A stretch of DNA of 64,000 nt. Source: Oopsacas minuta. Taxonomy: Eukaryota; Animalia; Porifera. The notes beneath the pieces were generated by a model. That model was not told where the DNA came from. It saw only the letters and a program-made list of their open reading frames with translations, and did not search any database. The DNA is taken from NCBI GenBank assembly GCA_024704765.1, contig JAKMXF010000304.1, forward strand, positions 230,225-294,224, in the 5' to 3' direction. Position 1 is the first letter of the stretch, and every line of letters begins with the position of its first letter. Shown piece by piece: positions 13,099 through 25,630 of this stretch. Made by a program: the position numbers and the translations under genes.

Positions 13099-16000
13099 CG
13101 AGCGTTCAATAAGTAGTCGTTTTCACTTTGTAATTCTAAATTATTCTAGAATAATTGTGTAGTCAGTGATTGAGTTTCTCAAAGTATTGCCCTACGTGCT
13201 GTAAAACCAATTCCAGCCATTTATGCAATCGAAAAATACTTTTTTGTAGTCTTCGGTTGGTACAACTATAATATACTGAAAAATCGCCGAACCCATCTGA
13301 GCTCGACTCTAGAATTTCCTGCTTGATACATTTTTTTGAATATTAGAAACAACCAAAAGTCACAGGAAGCTAGATCTGGCGAGTAGGGAGAGTGATCTAG
13401 CTCCACAATTTTCATAGCTTCCAACTTTTCTCTAACCAGCTTTGTCTTGTGCGGTCGGGCGTTACCATGCAATATTCGCAATCCACGAGTTCCAGTCCTT
13501 TGCCTTCGATTTTGGTAGAATTTTTCAACCTCTGTTAGACACTTATTGGTGTAGAAGTAGCCTGTTATTTTTTGGTATTTGGGGACACAAATCTGGTACA
13601 CTGGACCATTAGAATAAAAAAATATACAGTACATAACCTTCGGGTCCCGAAGGTCATGTCGAGGGATCATTGGTGGGTCCTGTTCTTTTGCTAAAGGCTC
13701 AGAATAACGTACCCAAGTCTCGTCACCTGTTACTATCTCAAATAACCTTCTGGAGTCAGCTCGATCAAACTCAGAGAGCAATTTAGTAGCGCATTGGACC
13801 CTCTTAGCTTTCTGGGCCTGAGTTAGTAAATGCAACACCCATCGAGCACATATCTTTGGAATTTCATATTATCATGTACAAGTGCGTGTGCCGTTCCCGT
13901 TGAAATCCCAACCGCATCAGCTATTTCCATCAGCGTGATATGAAGGTCTTCATGTAACGCGGATACCTCAGAGATATTTTGTCAGTGGTGCCGGATACTG
14001 GTCTCCCTATTCTTGCCTCATCTTCTTATGGATACTCTACCTTCACGAAAGCGCCTAGCCCAATCAACAACAGTGGAATATGGAAGTGCTGTATCCTTAT
14101 AAATTTCCTCTAAATCTTTGTGGACATCTGCTGGTGAAATTTTGAGCAGAGTCTGATCTTCACATATGCCCTCTGCCCAATTTTGAAATCGGTACTTGTT
14201 GAAGCCATTAAAATGTTACTATAATAAACTGTCAAAATATAAATAGGTACAATATTAGAACGAGACATCAGAATCAAAAACGCTTTGAATTACACATGCC
14301 TACACTTTTTAGTTCTATTGATTTTGTCAACTGATATATACTAATTCTATGTTGTTGATTCCATTATCTAGCCAGTTTCTCCCTAATACATCAAGTTATC
14401 TCACAATCCTATTACTACATTTATAGAACAAAATTGGTTTCAACCCTTATATGTTAGATTGGATCAATTACATTTCTGAAAATATCTATATTTCATTCAC
14501 TAAGAATAATGATATAATTGTTACTAATGTGAATGGAAGAAAGTGACACTATAAACATGTAATATGAGCACTATTCAATCTAAAAATTTTCTCTTGGTTG
14601 ACTTTCTTGAATGTTGTTCGTTAGGACAATATCTTTTTAGGCACCAACAGTACTCTGCCATCATATCTGTGTCCCATCTTCCTTGATATCGCTGTTCCAT
14701 CACTTTTATGTCTTGATGGAATTGTTCACCTTGTTCTTCACTCATATCACCCAGATTATCCGGAAATCTATCAAGATGGTCTCTCAAATAATGATTTTTA
14801 ATACTCATATTATAGCCAAGAGCAGGATTGCTGTCGACTAACTCTGTGACTAGTTCTTTGTGATTGGATGCCTTTTTATTACCAAGGAAATTAGAAACGA
14901 CATTAGAGAAAGCCTGCCACGCTCTCTTCTCTTCCTCGTTCATTGAATCTTTGAAGCTGTTGTCCCTAAGTAACTTGCGAATCTGTGGACCTTCAAATAT
15001 CCCTGCCTTTTTCTTCTCTTCACTGATTTCTGGAAAATAATTTCGGATATACTTGAAACAATATCTGTCTTTATCCAGTGCTTTGATGAATTGCTTCATT
15101 AAACCAAGCTTAGTGTGGAGAGGAGGAGAATTATTTTATTTGTATGTACCAGAAGGTTATTAATTACATTTTTGTCCCCAACTTTCAAACATTCTCTCGG
15201 AGGCCACTTTTCCCTTATCCAATGCTGGTTCCTATCTCTACTGTCCCAATAACAAAGAAAACAGGGGTACTTAGTGAAGCCAGATTGTTGTTTTAATAGA
15301 AAGTTGACCATTTTGAGATCAACACAGATGACCCAATCTTGTGCAGAGTAGTTAATAATCTCTAATATCTCTTTCACATTATTGTACTCCCCTTTGAGTT
15401 TAACTAAATATCCTATAGGAATTGACCGAATATATTTCCATTATGGAGTAGTACACATTTCAGACTCCTTTTGGAGCTGCCAATAAACAGCCTCCAGTCA
15501 CTTGGATAGTAGTTCGGAACTCCATTGCCAGTAGAAGACCCTCAACATTTGTACAAAACATCAAACCATTCGTTTCGCAGAAATACTGTTGAAACTCTTG
15601 CTCCCTCTAACGATATAATGTTACCTTTGTTCCTTGATGGAGTAGATTCTTTTCTTTCAATCTAGATGGAAGCAACTCAGAAGATTCTTTCGAGAGGTCC
15701 AGGTCACGAATTAAATCATTCAATTCGGCTTGGTTAAAGAGAGAAGGCTCCGAGGAAGGACCTTGAAAATCAACATCATGTTCACAGTCATGATCATTGA
15801 CTTCTTCCGAATTGGCACCATCTTCATCACTATAGAGTCCGAGAAACTCTGTGAATATTGGTACAGTTAGATCGCTACAATGAGGGACTTGTTGAATAGC
15901 AGTTTCTAAATTTGGGTTATTCAGTAGGTGCCTGTCACTCTTTTTGCAGCCCATAACCTTTACCATGCAGAAATAACAATCATCGAAATGATTTTTTGAT

Positions 16001-16643
16001 TCTCTCCAAATCATAGAAATTCTGAAAGGGAGGTGTTGCCCTTTACCCTTACTCCAAGACCTCAATAATTCTACACAAGATTTACAGACCTTATGAGGTG
16101 CCCAACTTTGTCTTGGTCGCCCAGCTTAACTTTGACATACGCATGGTAAGCTCTATTCACAAATTCAGTAATATTCTGCATCTGAGGTTTCGGAGTATCG
16201 AAACCACAAATAAACAAAAAATGTCTGGAGAATTGAAACAATTTCTTTTCGACATATCAACATAAAGAATACTAGACTAGCTAAAACCAATAGCAAATAA
16301 GACTATTTGAATATATATATATACTATGTGCATAATGTTATTGTTGTAATATGTAATCATAATGAATCTTTGGCAAAAATCGAAATTTTCCTGAAAATGT
16401 AGCTATATGGTTGTGAAAAAACCTAACGCGATATGATAAAACTGAATAGATATTCATAATCACCGCACCTAAATTAGTCTAAATCAGTGATCAATATATA
16501 AACAACTGCAATATAACATTTCTTTGTAAGCCTGTGTTATCGACTTCACAATGGATGGATTGTTATTAGAAAATTCTGTTTGATCTGGATCCAAATATTC
16601 AGACTTACAAAATTTGAAATAACGAGTACTTATTGGACCCCCC
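13099..16643 (-). mobile_element. Mariner (DD34D) element, split by a Chapaev3-like insertion; pseudogenised transposase at 14208->13163
   Basis: TA|CGAGCGTTCAATAAGTAGTCGTT at 13097-13121 and a degenerate matching TIR AACGAGTACTTATTGGACC at 16621-16643. Motifs IVTGDETW, HGNARPH, HSPYSPDLASCDF. Removing the insert leaves ~1.3 kb. Confidence 0.88.
14293..16536 (-). mobile_element. Chapaev3-like (CMC group) DNA transposon; frameshifted transposase at 16255->14575
   Basis: Termini CACATGCCTACA / rc CACAGGCTTACA (10/12 match) with TTA on both flanks (14290-14292, 16537-16539). Motifs CFNSPD.FC..CG, W(A)PHKVCKSC, WRE.KNHFDDCYFC, DLKMVNFLL.QQSG.TKYPCFLC.WDSR, EQGEQFHQDI. Confidence 0.85.
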
Positions 16644-18879
16644 AGGTGAACTTGATTGGCTAGTTTTGGGCGCCAATTTTGCTCTAAGATACTGTAACTA
16701 TTCGTACCAACCTTGCTTGCGTATCTTACTTGTTGACCTTGTTACTTGAATACTCATTTTTGATTGAAACGAAGATCATTTCGTGGTATCAGCTGCTTAA
16801 TCGAGTTAAAAGATGGCAACCAGTACTATTAAAAGATATTGGTCTCAATATATATGTTGATTAATTAGATAGGGTGATTAGATATCACTTAATGCTTTTT
16901 AAGCCATATTGGAGTGCCCTAAAGGCTATATAATTTGGTTTACTTGAAAATATTCTGATCAGAAAAAAGCTGACTAAGTTATGCCAGTTTGAAGTTGGGA
17001 ACAAATAAATATTGGCTGATTACCAACTTCCAACGGTCATAACTTAGTCAGTTTTCAGCTACAGGTGCAAGTTGAGGTTCAGTAGAAAGTCCTGATGATT
17101 CTCTGTCTCCATGTACCATGTATCATGTACTTTCAACCTTTGAGGGAAGATCAATTTTCGGATTAATGAAAGTTTCATTCTGGAACGAAGTTTTCTATTA
17201 CGGACAACGTTAATAGCCCAGCTATGCAAAGTATAAGGAATCTGTTTCACAATTAATTTGCTCAAAATTGCTTTGCGAATGGCCTCTCTACTCGTTGAAT
17301 ACACTACTCTATAATATATGTTTACACTATTTTTTACATGGTTATATTTAATATCTGCGGAAGGCACCAATTAGCATAACAAAATTTTCAACAGCTGCTA
17401 GATGAATCAATCAAGGCACAATAAGTGAGAATGATCAAAGTAATCGATACTTATAAACAGTAAACATTGGATTTAACGACATCTGGTTTAACTACAAATC
17501 GCTTATAACGACTCATTTTGCTTGCCCAGACCTCGCAGCATTATTCTGCAAACATCATACTTCGGGTATAACGATCTGTCAGATAACGAGACTATGAATT
17601 TAGCGACATATTTTCTATGCCTGCCTCATGCAAATCTCATCGGTTATTACGACTGTGGACTTCAGAAAAGTGTACTAATTAGTGAATTATTAAGGTTTTA
17701 ATAATTGATCTAATTATAAACCAATTTAATCTCACTGTTTTGAATCTACTGACGATAATACAACTACATAGTGTACTGCATCTTATATCATGAATAAATT
17801 TGGGTGTCATCAGGTAGATAATGCATATTTAAAGCTTCCCAGGATTTAGCGACAAATCGGATATATCGACCTTTTTTCCTGCCCAAACGAGTGTTTAATC
17901 CAATATTTACTGTATCTGTATAGCAAATTCCGTGTTCAGCTGGTTGTCCGTTTTTTGGAAAGCAATTAGATTATCTTGTTAGTCTAATTTATAATAACAA
18001 ATATAATCGCAACTGATGACCATCTGGCCAATATTCATTCATAACTTGACATCCTTCAATGCTATGGCCAAAAATTTACACACATATAGTATCCCGATTT
18101 CCCACATCCTAATAATACATTCTGATATGATATCTCCAAAGAATATTGCGCAGTTATCAATAAGACCATATGGATATTTTCAAGATTACGTCATAATAAT
18201 CGAGATATCATATCAAAATATATTATTGGGATATATTTAGTATTTATATCAACGTTTGATTAGAGCAAAGATATTACTTGTATAAAACATATAGTAGACA
18301 CCTCAACTCTTTTAGCAATATATTAATATTTACATAATACCAAACGTCATGTAACAGTAAAACATCATAGTTGATATCCTAGGTGCAATACTGGCTTCTC
18401 ACAAATTCGTAATTTACACTTCAGCATCAAAATGTACACTATGATATGACTCAGAATAATAAAAAGCCTTCAGTTTCACATTTTGACATTGAAAATAGCG
18501 AGACTCGTGATTAAGGGTCCGTTCAAACATACGTAACGCTACAAGGAGAAAGAGTGGAATGCAAAGTGTGACAACAATATTTTTCTATTATCATACTGTG
18601 AAATGGCTGACACGGAGGGAGGGGTCAAAATTTTGAAATTTTGCGTAACATTCGAAGACCCTAAAGGGTGTGGGTTGACATCTCTGTAATATTCGTATCA
18701 GTATTTGTACATTATTCAGCAACTTGATTTTGGTCAATCAAGCCATTAATACCTAAAATCGAACAAATGTAACTTCATGCACATACAGAGATTACAATTC
18801 ATAATTGACGACATCTAAATTGGGCAGTTCATCTGTATACTGATCTTTTGAAATTGACACAAAGCGACTTTCGCTTAGT

Positions 18880-19172
18880 CTTGTCAAGGCATACTTCTCC
18901 AAAATTCTATCTAGCTAACATACTCTCACTCCTGCCAGGTCACACTTATCTAATACCTAACAATAGAGTCTTAATCTTAATTCATATTAAGAGCTACTTA
19001 CTCTCACTCCTTCAAGGACACACTTATCCTTATTCCTATCAAAAATGGACGTACTCTCAATTCTTCGAGGACAAACTTACCCGGTTCCCATTAAGAGTTA
19101 CTAACTCTCATTTCTTTCAGGACACACTTGTCCTAATTCCTAACAAGATGTACTTTCTCTCACTCCTTCCAA
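18880..19172. repeat. Degenerate ~50-bp minisatellite, about 5-6 units
   Basis: Recurring core ACTCTCA(C/A/T)T(C/T)CTTC.AGGACACACTT.TCC..TTCCTA.CAA. Confidence 0.75.
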
Positions 19173-19479
19173 CACAGTTCGTGGGTTGTTAAAATATATG
19201 CCTCTCTATTATTCACCGACACAACGGGCTATTATTCCTTATTACTAGTATTAGGGTTTTACGCGTTCATTTTTTGATATAGGCTTATACAATGCATTAT
19301 TAAATTATAATAAGTCGATTATTGCGGTTCATTTGTTGAAATACAATCTGTTGTACCACATCAGGTTTCAATATATGACGTAATCTTAATGACCATATAC
19401 AGTAATAAATAAGTCTAGAATTTCACTTAACTTAGTTTTTAGCAACTTGATCAATTCTATAACAGTGTCAATAGTCTCC

Positions 19480-20471
19480 TTTTCCTACAGAACATTCCCA
19501 AATCGATCTAGTACCAGAAGGAGTGAAACCATAAAGACAAATATAATTTGATCCATCTATTCAAGTCTGACAATAACCCAGGAGAGGAATGAGGGCCAGA
19601 ACAATCCAGTCCATGCTTGATTTTGAGTGTTAATGGATAGAAGTGTGGTGCATGAAAATTTAGCACACACTTTTTTTTAACAACCGGTCAAATAGAGAAA
19701 TTCCATATGGTTAATAAGGTATATAGACCTCCACAAGATTGAAAACATTTGGATGCCAGTAAATGTTGAAACAATTGACTTTCTAATTTCACTAATTTTT
19801 CCCAAGTTGCTAAAACGAGGCCTTCTGATTGGAGATAATATTTAAGACCTTTCCATTTTCCTTTCCCCAGATCAAGTTGATATGCTAAGAATGTTTATTT
19901 TCCTTGTGAATCTATTATCCTGAGGTTGGTATCGATTCTTCTTTATAAATTTTCCAAGCGAAGTTTGCGATGCCTTTAATTCTAATTTGTCACGCTCGTA
20001 TAAGGCTACAATATACAAGAGCAGAGCAACGTAGCGAATAACGGAAATATTTTCAAGTTGTGCTAACTGATGGATGGAATTAAATATCCCAGTCTGATCG
20101 AGCCTGATCAGTTTAGAACGAACTTGAATGTCATCAAATCATTTTTTAGTCTCTACATTTGGAACCAATAAAACACCGCTTTCCACATCATCGCCAGAAA
20201 AGAAATGATTGGGTGCTCTTTGGTTTAACAGGGATCCATGGAATACTAGCACTAGACCACTCACCATCGTCCTCAATAGATTTCTTACTCTTTATGACAT
20301 TAGATAAATTTTAGACATTAGAGAGTATACAGAATGTCTTTTGTCTTCCTCGAGATTTAATAATCGCATCACATAATCTGCTGCTTGATTGATATCATAG
20401 TCATGAACTTCCAATACGATAGCCAAGTCAAGACGTGTCTTCTGGTATGTAGATATTGTTGCTTCAGCCAT
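19480..20471 (-). pseudogene. RAG1-like (Transib/RAG1L) transposase, copy 3, N-terminal half only (absent from the ORF track)
   Basis: Manual translation from ATG 20471: MAEATISTYQKT..VLEVHDYDINQAADYV; NBD-like KK.FDDIQVRSKLIRL...IHQLAQLENISV..YVALLLY...YERDK; LDLGKGKW..LK.YL; YPLTLKIKHGLDCSGPH (first catalytic D); CLYGF. Collinear with copies 1 and 2. Confidence 0.8.
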
Positions 20472-20781
20472 CTTTAAATTGATAAGTAGAGGTTCAATAA
20501 GTCATCAAGTTAATGAACTCGTATACTACCTCGCAATATTCAGTAGATATAAATAATTATTGCATTATATGGATGAAAATAACTATGTAATTATAGCATA
20601 ATGTACCATAGCAACGTAGATGTGAACGCAATGAAACGGCATTTTTCCTTTCAATATAATGTTGATATTACTTGACTAGAATGCTTACTAAAGATTCAGG
20701 TTGGAAACCAGTGGAAACAAATTTCGCTCAAGGAGAGACATATATATAAGCATAGTACATATAGAGGAGTGAATTAATCGC

Positions 20782-22682
20782 AAAATGCTGTATACTGCAT
20801 TAAGAGCCAAGTGTGCCAGCGGTTGGTTCCAAGTTTAACACCTCATTGGAGATTAGTAATTCACAACACCTGGCCTGTGAACAAACATTGGGATCATTTA
20901 ACTTCCGATCACTTTTGTGTGTTGTCACCTGGCATTTTTAAGGTGAAAATTGTCCTTGGTTTGAGTAGAAATCCTCTATTCGAGAATAATATATTCAATT
21001 TGGGTTCCATAAGTGGAGTAATTTAAAAAATATCTAACATTTTGATCCTCTATAAAAGTTAATTGATCAGAATATTTTGATTGAGAATATTCTAAGAGAA
21101 AATTAATGAGGTATTGTATTGATATAGGCTAGGCTGCCTTGCTCGTCATTTGGTAGGTAGCGCATAGAAGGTGCATAGGCTTGGTATATATTTGGCAAGT
21201 GCTAGCGCAATGAAGTCTCAGAGGTTTCTCATTAATTTAGTAGGTAATGCATTGGATTCGAATAGGCATGTCAAATATTTTGCCAGGCAGCGCATTAAAG
21301 TTGCATAGGCTTGCTGTTATCACAAAAGTGATGCAGAATGAGTTGATTTTGTCATTACACACGAGTTGTCGCTTATAGAGTTTCCTTCCGCAAAAGACAA
21401 TACAATTCTCTCATCATACTCCGATTACCAATTTCTCTCAAGACAGAAGAATTCAATATTACAAGAATGCGAATCCAGTTAATTTGATTCAATTCATAGA
21501 TTTATTGTATCATGGACCTATAATGATTAATGTTTCAATGATTTACACAGCACAAAGTTTAAGTCGATCTATGAATCAGGGTTATTTCTGCAATGAGTGT
21601 TGTAACCACCATCGTCTCTGATAAAAGCCATATACGAATACAATTTTCATATCCGCTTAAACGAGACAAAGGTTTAGTAACAGATTTTTTGTATGGAAAA
21701 TCGTCGAATAATTGGGACACCGAATCGGTTAATCGGGATTTTTATTCGGATTAACTGATTATTTGAAAGTTCATAATCGGTTAATCTGGAATTCTTATCC
21801 CGATTTAACGAATATGAAAATTGTATTCGTATATGGCTTTTATCAGAGACGATGGTGGTTACAACACTCATTGCAGAAATAACCCTGATTCATAGATCGA
21901 CTTAAACTTTGTGCTGTGTAAATCATTGAAACATTAATCATTATAGGTCCATGATACAATAAATCTATGAATTGAATCAAATTAACTGGATTCGCATTCT
22001 TGTAATATTGAATTCTTCTGTCTTGAGAGAAATTGGTAATCGGAGTATGATGAGAGAATTGTATTGTCTTTTGCGGAAGGAAACTCTATAAGCGACAACT
22101 CGTGTGTAATGACAAAATCAACTCATTCTGCATCACTTTTGTGATAACAGCAAGCCTATGCAACTTTAATGCGCTGCCTGGCAAAATATTTGACATGCCT
22201 ATTCGAATCCAATGCATTACCTACTAAATTAATGAGAAACCTCTGAGACTTCATTGCGCTAGCACTTGCCAAATATATACCAAGCCTATGCACCTTCTAT
22301 GCGCTACCTACCAAATGACGAGCAAGGCAGCCTAGCCTATATCAATACAATACCTCATTAATTTTCTCTTAGAATATTCTCAATCAAAATATTCTGATCA
22401 ATTAACTTTTATAGAGGATCAAAATGTTAGATATTTTTTAAATTACTCCACTTATGGAACCCAAATTGAATATATTATTCTCGAATAGAGGATTTCTACT
22501 CAAACCAAGGACAATTTTCACCTTAAAAATGCCAGGTGACAACACACAAAAGTGATCGGAAGTTAAATGATCCCAATGTTTGTTCACAGGCCAGGTGTTG
22601 TGAATTACTAATCTCCAATGAGGTGTTAAACTTGGAACCAACCGCTGGCACACTTGGCTCTTAATGCAGTATACAGCATTTT
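20782..22682. repeat. Large palindrome: 871-bp arms (20782-21652 and 21812-22682) with a 159-bp spacer
   Basis: Arms are the same length and were identical at every position I compared. ORFs 20811-21026(+) and 22438-22653(-) encode the same peptide. Confidence 0.95.
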
Positions 22683-23417
22683 ACGATTCACTCACTTTTC
22701 TATATGTACTATACATATAAGTATGCTTCTCTTTGACTTTTATGGATTGTATTGCCTCAGCAGATACAACAGGAAATTGTTTCCGAACAACCTAAAATAC
22801 ATTGTATTTAATTACTTCTAGAATGTTAGAAACACATAATTGCGTTCTATAAACATCCTACGAAATTATGCCCTAATCACGGGTATTTAACATGTTCTAT
22901 CTATAGTACCTAATGTAACTCAATAACGTAACACTATATAATTACCAAAATTTCATAGTTTATGCATAAGCATCCTTTGGATCACTTGATATACATCCTG
23001 TAATCAAAGACGAGCTCGTGATCGTTTACCAGAGCTTTAAATATGGTGCATTTTTAATCATAAATTACTATTTTAACCAAAAAGATAACGTCATTTCAAA
23101 CTGGGAATAGGATGACTGGCTTGGGAAATTTATTACCTATCAATAACATATATAATCGAGTCATAATGCACCAATTGTATATTATCTAGAAAATATAATT
23201 TATGAGGTAATAATCCCATATCTTTATAGCCACACTAGCTTATTAAATAGATAATGAGATAATTACATATTCAACTCACAATTGCACCAAGTCAAATGAA
23301 ATATAATAATTCTGATAGCATATTTAATCCTAAGGGTCTGTACCCCTGTAACAACATTTCGCTGCATTAAAATTCTAAATACATGATATTGTTCAGAAAT
23401 TATGGATTGTATATCAA

Positions 23418-24904
23418 CTATCAAGTGTATTGTTATAAAATGTACTAATTGTTGTTTTATAGAAATGATGTATTTGGATTCGATTGGCGATACTTTCTTT
23501 CCCAAAATATTTGTGGAACCTGAGTTATGTGGTTTCCAAATTATGTTTTGATATTGTCAAAAATATCGCTTCCTGTTAAAGCGAGACATGGAATATTGTA
23601 GTCCTACAATGGGAATTCATAGCTGACTACTACCAAATTAGATTTTCCTAGCTCATAGCCTACTAAAAATATGACCCCACAGTAACTTTGGACTAAGGAT
23701 GCTGTTTTGGTGAGGTATAAATATGGAGTAACGGTGCATTTTTTGCTCCGAATATATATATTGCACATTTCTACAACAAGAAATTGTTAACCAATTATTA
23801 TTTGATAAAGATTTCATGAATGTGACAATGTTGGTATAGTAAGCTTTTATTTGGTAAATATGCCATTGTTTGATAGCATGTAATTGACCTTATAACCTAA
23901 ATATTGCATCTTTCATTTCCGAGTTAATGTATGAAATGTTCAAAATGTATTATCAAACAAAATAATTGTCATGATAAAGTTGGTTAGTTCTTGATTTACA
24001 GTTGGGACTATGGATGACAGGTTTTTAAAAATATCCAGATTTCACTCAATAATCGTGGAAGTTACGGTCAAACCAGTATACCCAATTATGTGTATATAAT
24101 ATATACCTGACTTCCCATACCCTTGTAATACATATTGATATGCTAAATCTTAACCATGTGATGTAATACAGAATTTCTCATATATGCTACTTTTAAAGTT
24201 ACGCAATAAGCTTAAGAGATATCACACCAAAGGTATTACCAGTGTATGTGAAGTCAGGTATATGCTATAAGCTATATTTGGATATTCATTTGTGTCATCC
24301 ATGGTCCCTACTGTAAACTCTAGAACAAGCCAACTTTATCTTGACATTATTTATATTTGTACGATATTTTATATAGACCATTTCATACATTTACCCGGAA
24401 ATGAAAGATACAATATTTTCATTTCTCAGGCAATTATAAGCTACCAAACAATGGCATATTTCCCCTATAATTGCTTACTATTTTGTCAGATTTCTGATAT
24501 TTTTAGCATATAATGGTGAATAATGTGTTCTTCTACAAATATGCAACACATTTATTCGTGCAAAAGTGCACCATTTCTGCAATACAGAAACGACCAATAT
24601 TTACCCAAGGCGAAAACAACATCTTTATTCAAATATTCACACGTTACTTTGAGATCATATGTATAGTAATCTATGAGGTAAAGTTATCTGACTATGACTT
24701 TCATCGTATAATTACACATTCCTCATGTCTAGTTCAAATTGGATGCGTGAATTTGTCATTATCAACCTTATATGGTAATGGGTGAAAACCAAATATCTCA
24801 CATTCCACAAATATTTTAGTTAGGGAAATACTGCCCATTGACAGGCAACATATGACTTACTATTTAACAATAATAAGTACATTTTATAACAGTATACTTG
24901 ATAG
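23418..24904. repeat. Old, diverged foldback element (~600-bp arms, ~270-bp centre)
   Basis: Collinear reverse-complement blocks, e.g. CTATCAAGT.TA.TGTTATAAAATGTACT, AAAATATTTGTGGAA, AAATATGCCATTGTTTG.TAGC, GATAAAGTTGG, GGGAC.ATGGATGACA. Confidence 0.8.
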
Positions 24905-25458
24905 GATTAAAGATATAAATGGGCCCGAGTTTGAAGACTCGAGATTGAGAGTTGATTATCCTTAGAATAATTAGTATATTGTTTGTACAGACAGTGATAC
25001 TAGTGTTGAAAATTAGTTTAGGATAGTAGAGCATGGCATTTTGACTTTTGAAACCAGATGAATTCTGATATAAATTTTAACTAATGGCGATGAGTAGTTG
25101 AATCGGAAAGTAGTCGCAATATCAGGATGGTCATTATTCTGAGGCGGTAGTTTATTAATCTGGGTGTCACTGTACGAATGTATGAATATAGAGATGAATG
25201 AGCTGAGCAATTATGATTTGGAAAGCAAAGCTGGAGCTCATTGGTCAACACAGTATTTCATACTATTTCTATTTGAAAATTGCGAAAACTCGATTAATTA
25301 ATAATGAGAAATGTTGCTCCTAATGAAAAGATCAAATGAAATGCATAAGCGAAATGCACGTTCGTTTAATAGATATACTAGAAAATAGCAGGAAATTTCT
25401 AAAATGAATCAATTTACTGGCATCATGTTGTTCTGTATAAGCGCCCCAAAACTTAAAT

Positions 25459-25630
25459 CAGGGGACGTCGCCAGAATTTGTAATCTAGGAGGGGGCAAAG
25501 AAATTCCCAGGGGGGCACGAGTTTACCAGGGGGGGATGCCTCGGGCAGGGGTTTATCAGGGGGTATTGCTTCAGCCCACGGATTTTTACCAAGGGGGAGG
25601 GCACTTCCCCCTCACTGTGGCGTTGGCCCA
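25459..25630. mobile_element. Short GC-rich MITE-like remnant
   Basis: Begins CAGGGGACGTCGCCAG and contains G-run-rich internal repeats (TTTA.CAGGGGG). The right end is degenerate. Confidence 0.4.

Noticed and set aside
18880-19172. Repeat-spacer appearance suggesting a CRISPR array
   Set aside because: The repeats are degenerate, the 'spacers' are similar to one another, the context is eukaryotic and there are no cas genes. It is a minisatellite.
20811-22653. Two identical 71-aa ORFs (20811-21026 + and 22438-22653 -) as a duplicated gene
   Set aside because: They are a by-product of the palindrome: non-ATG starts, no domain and no splice support.
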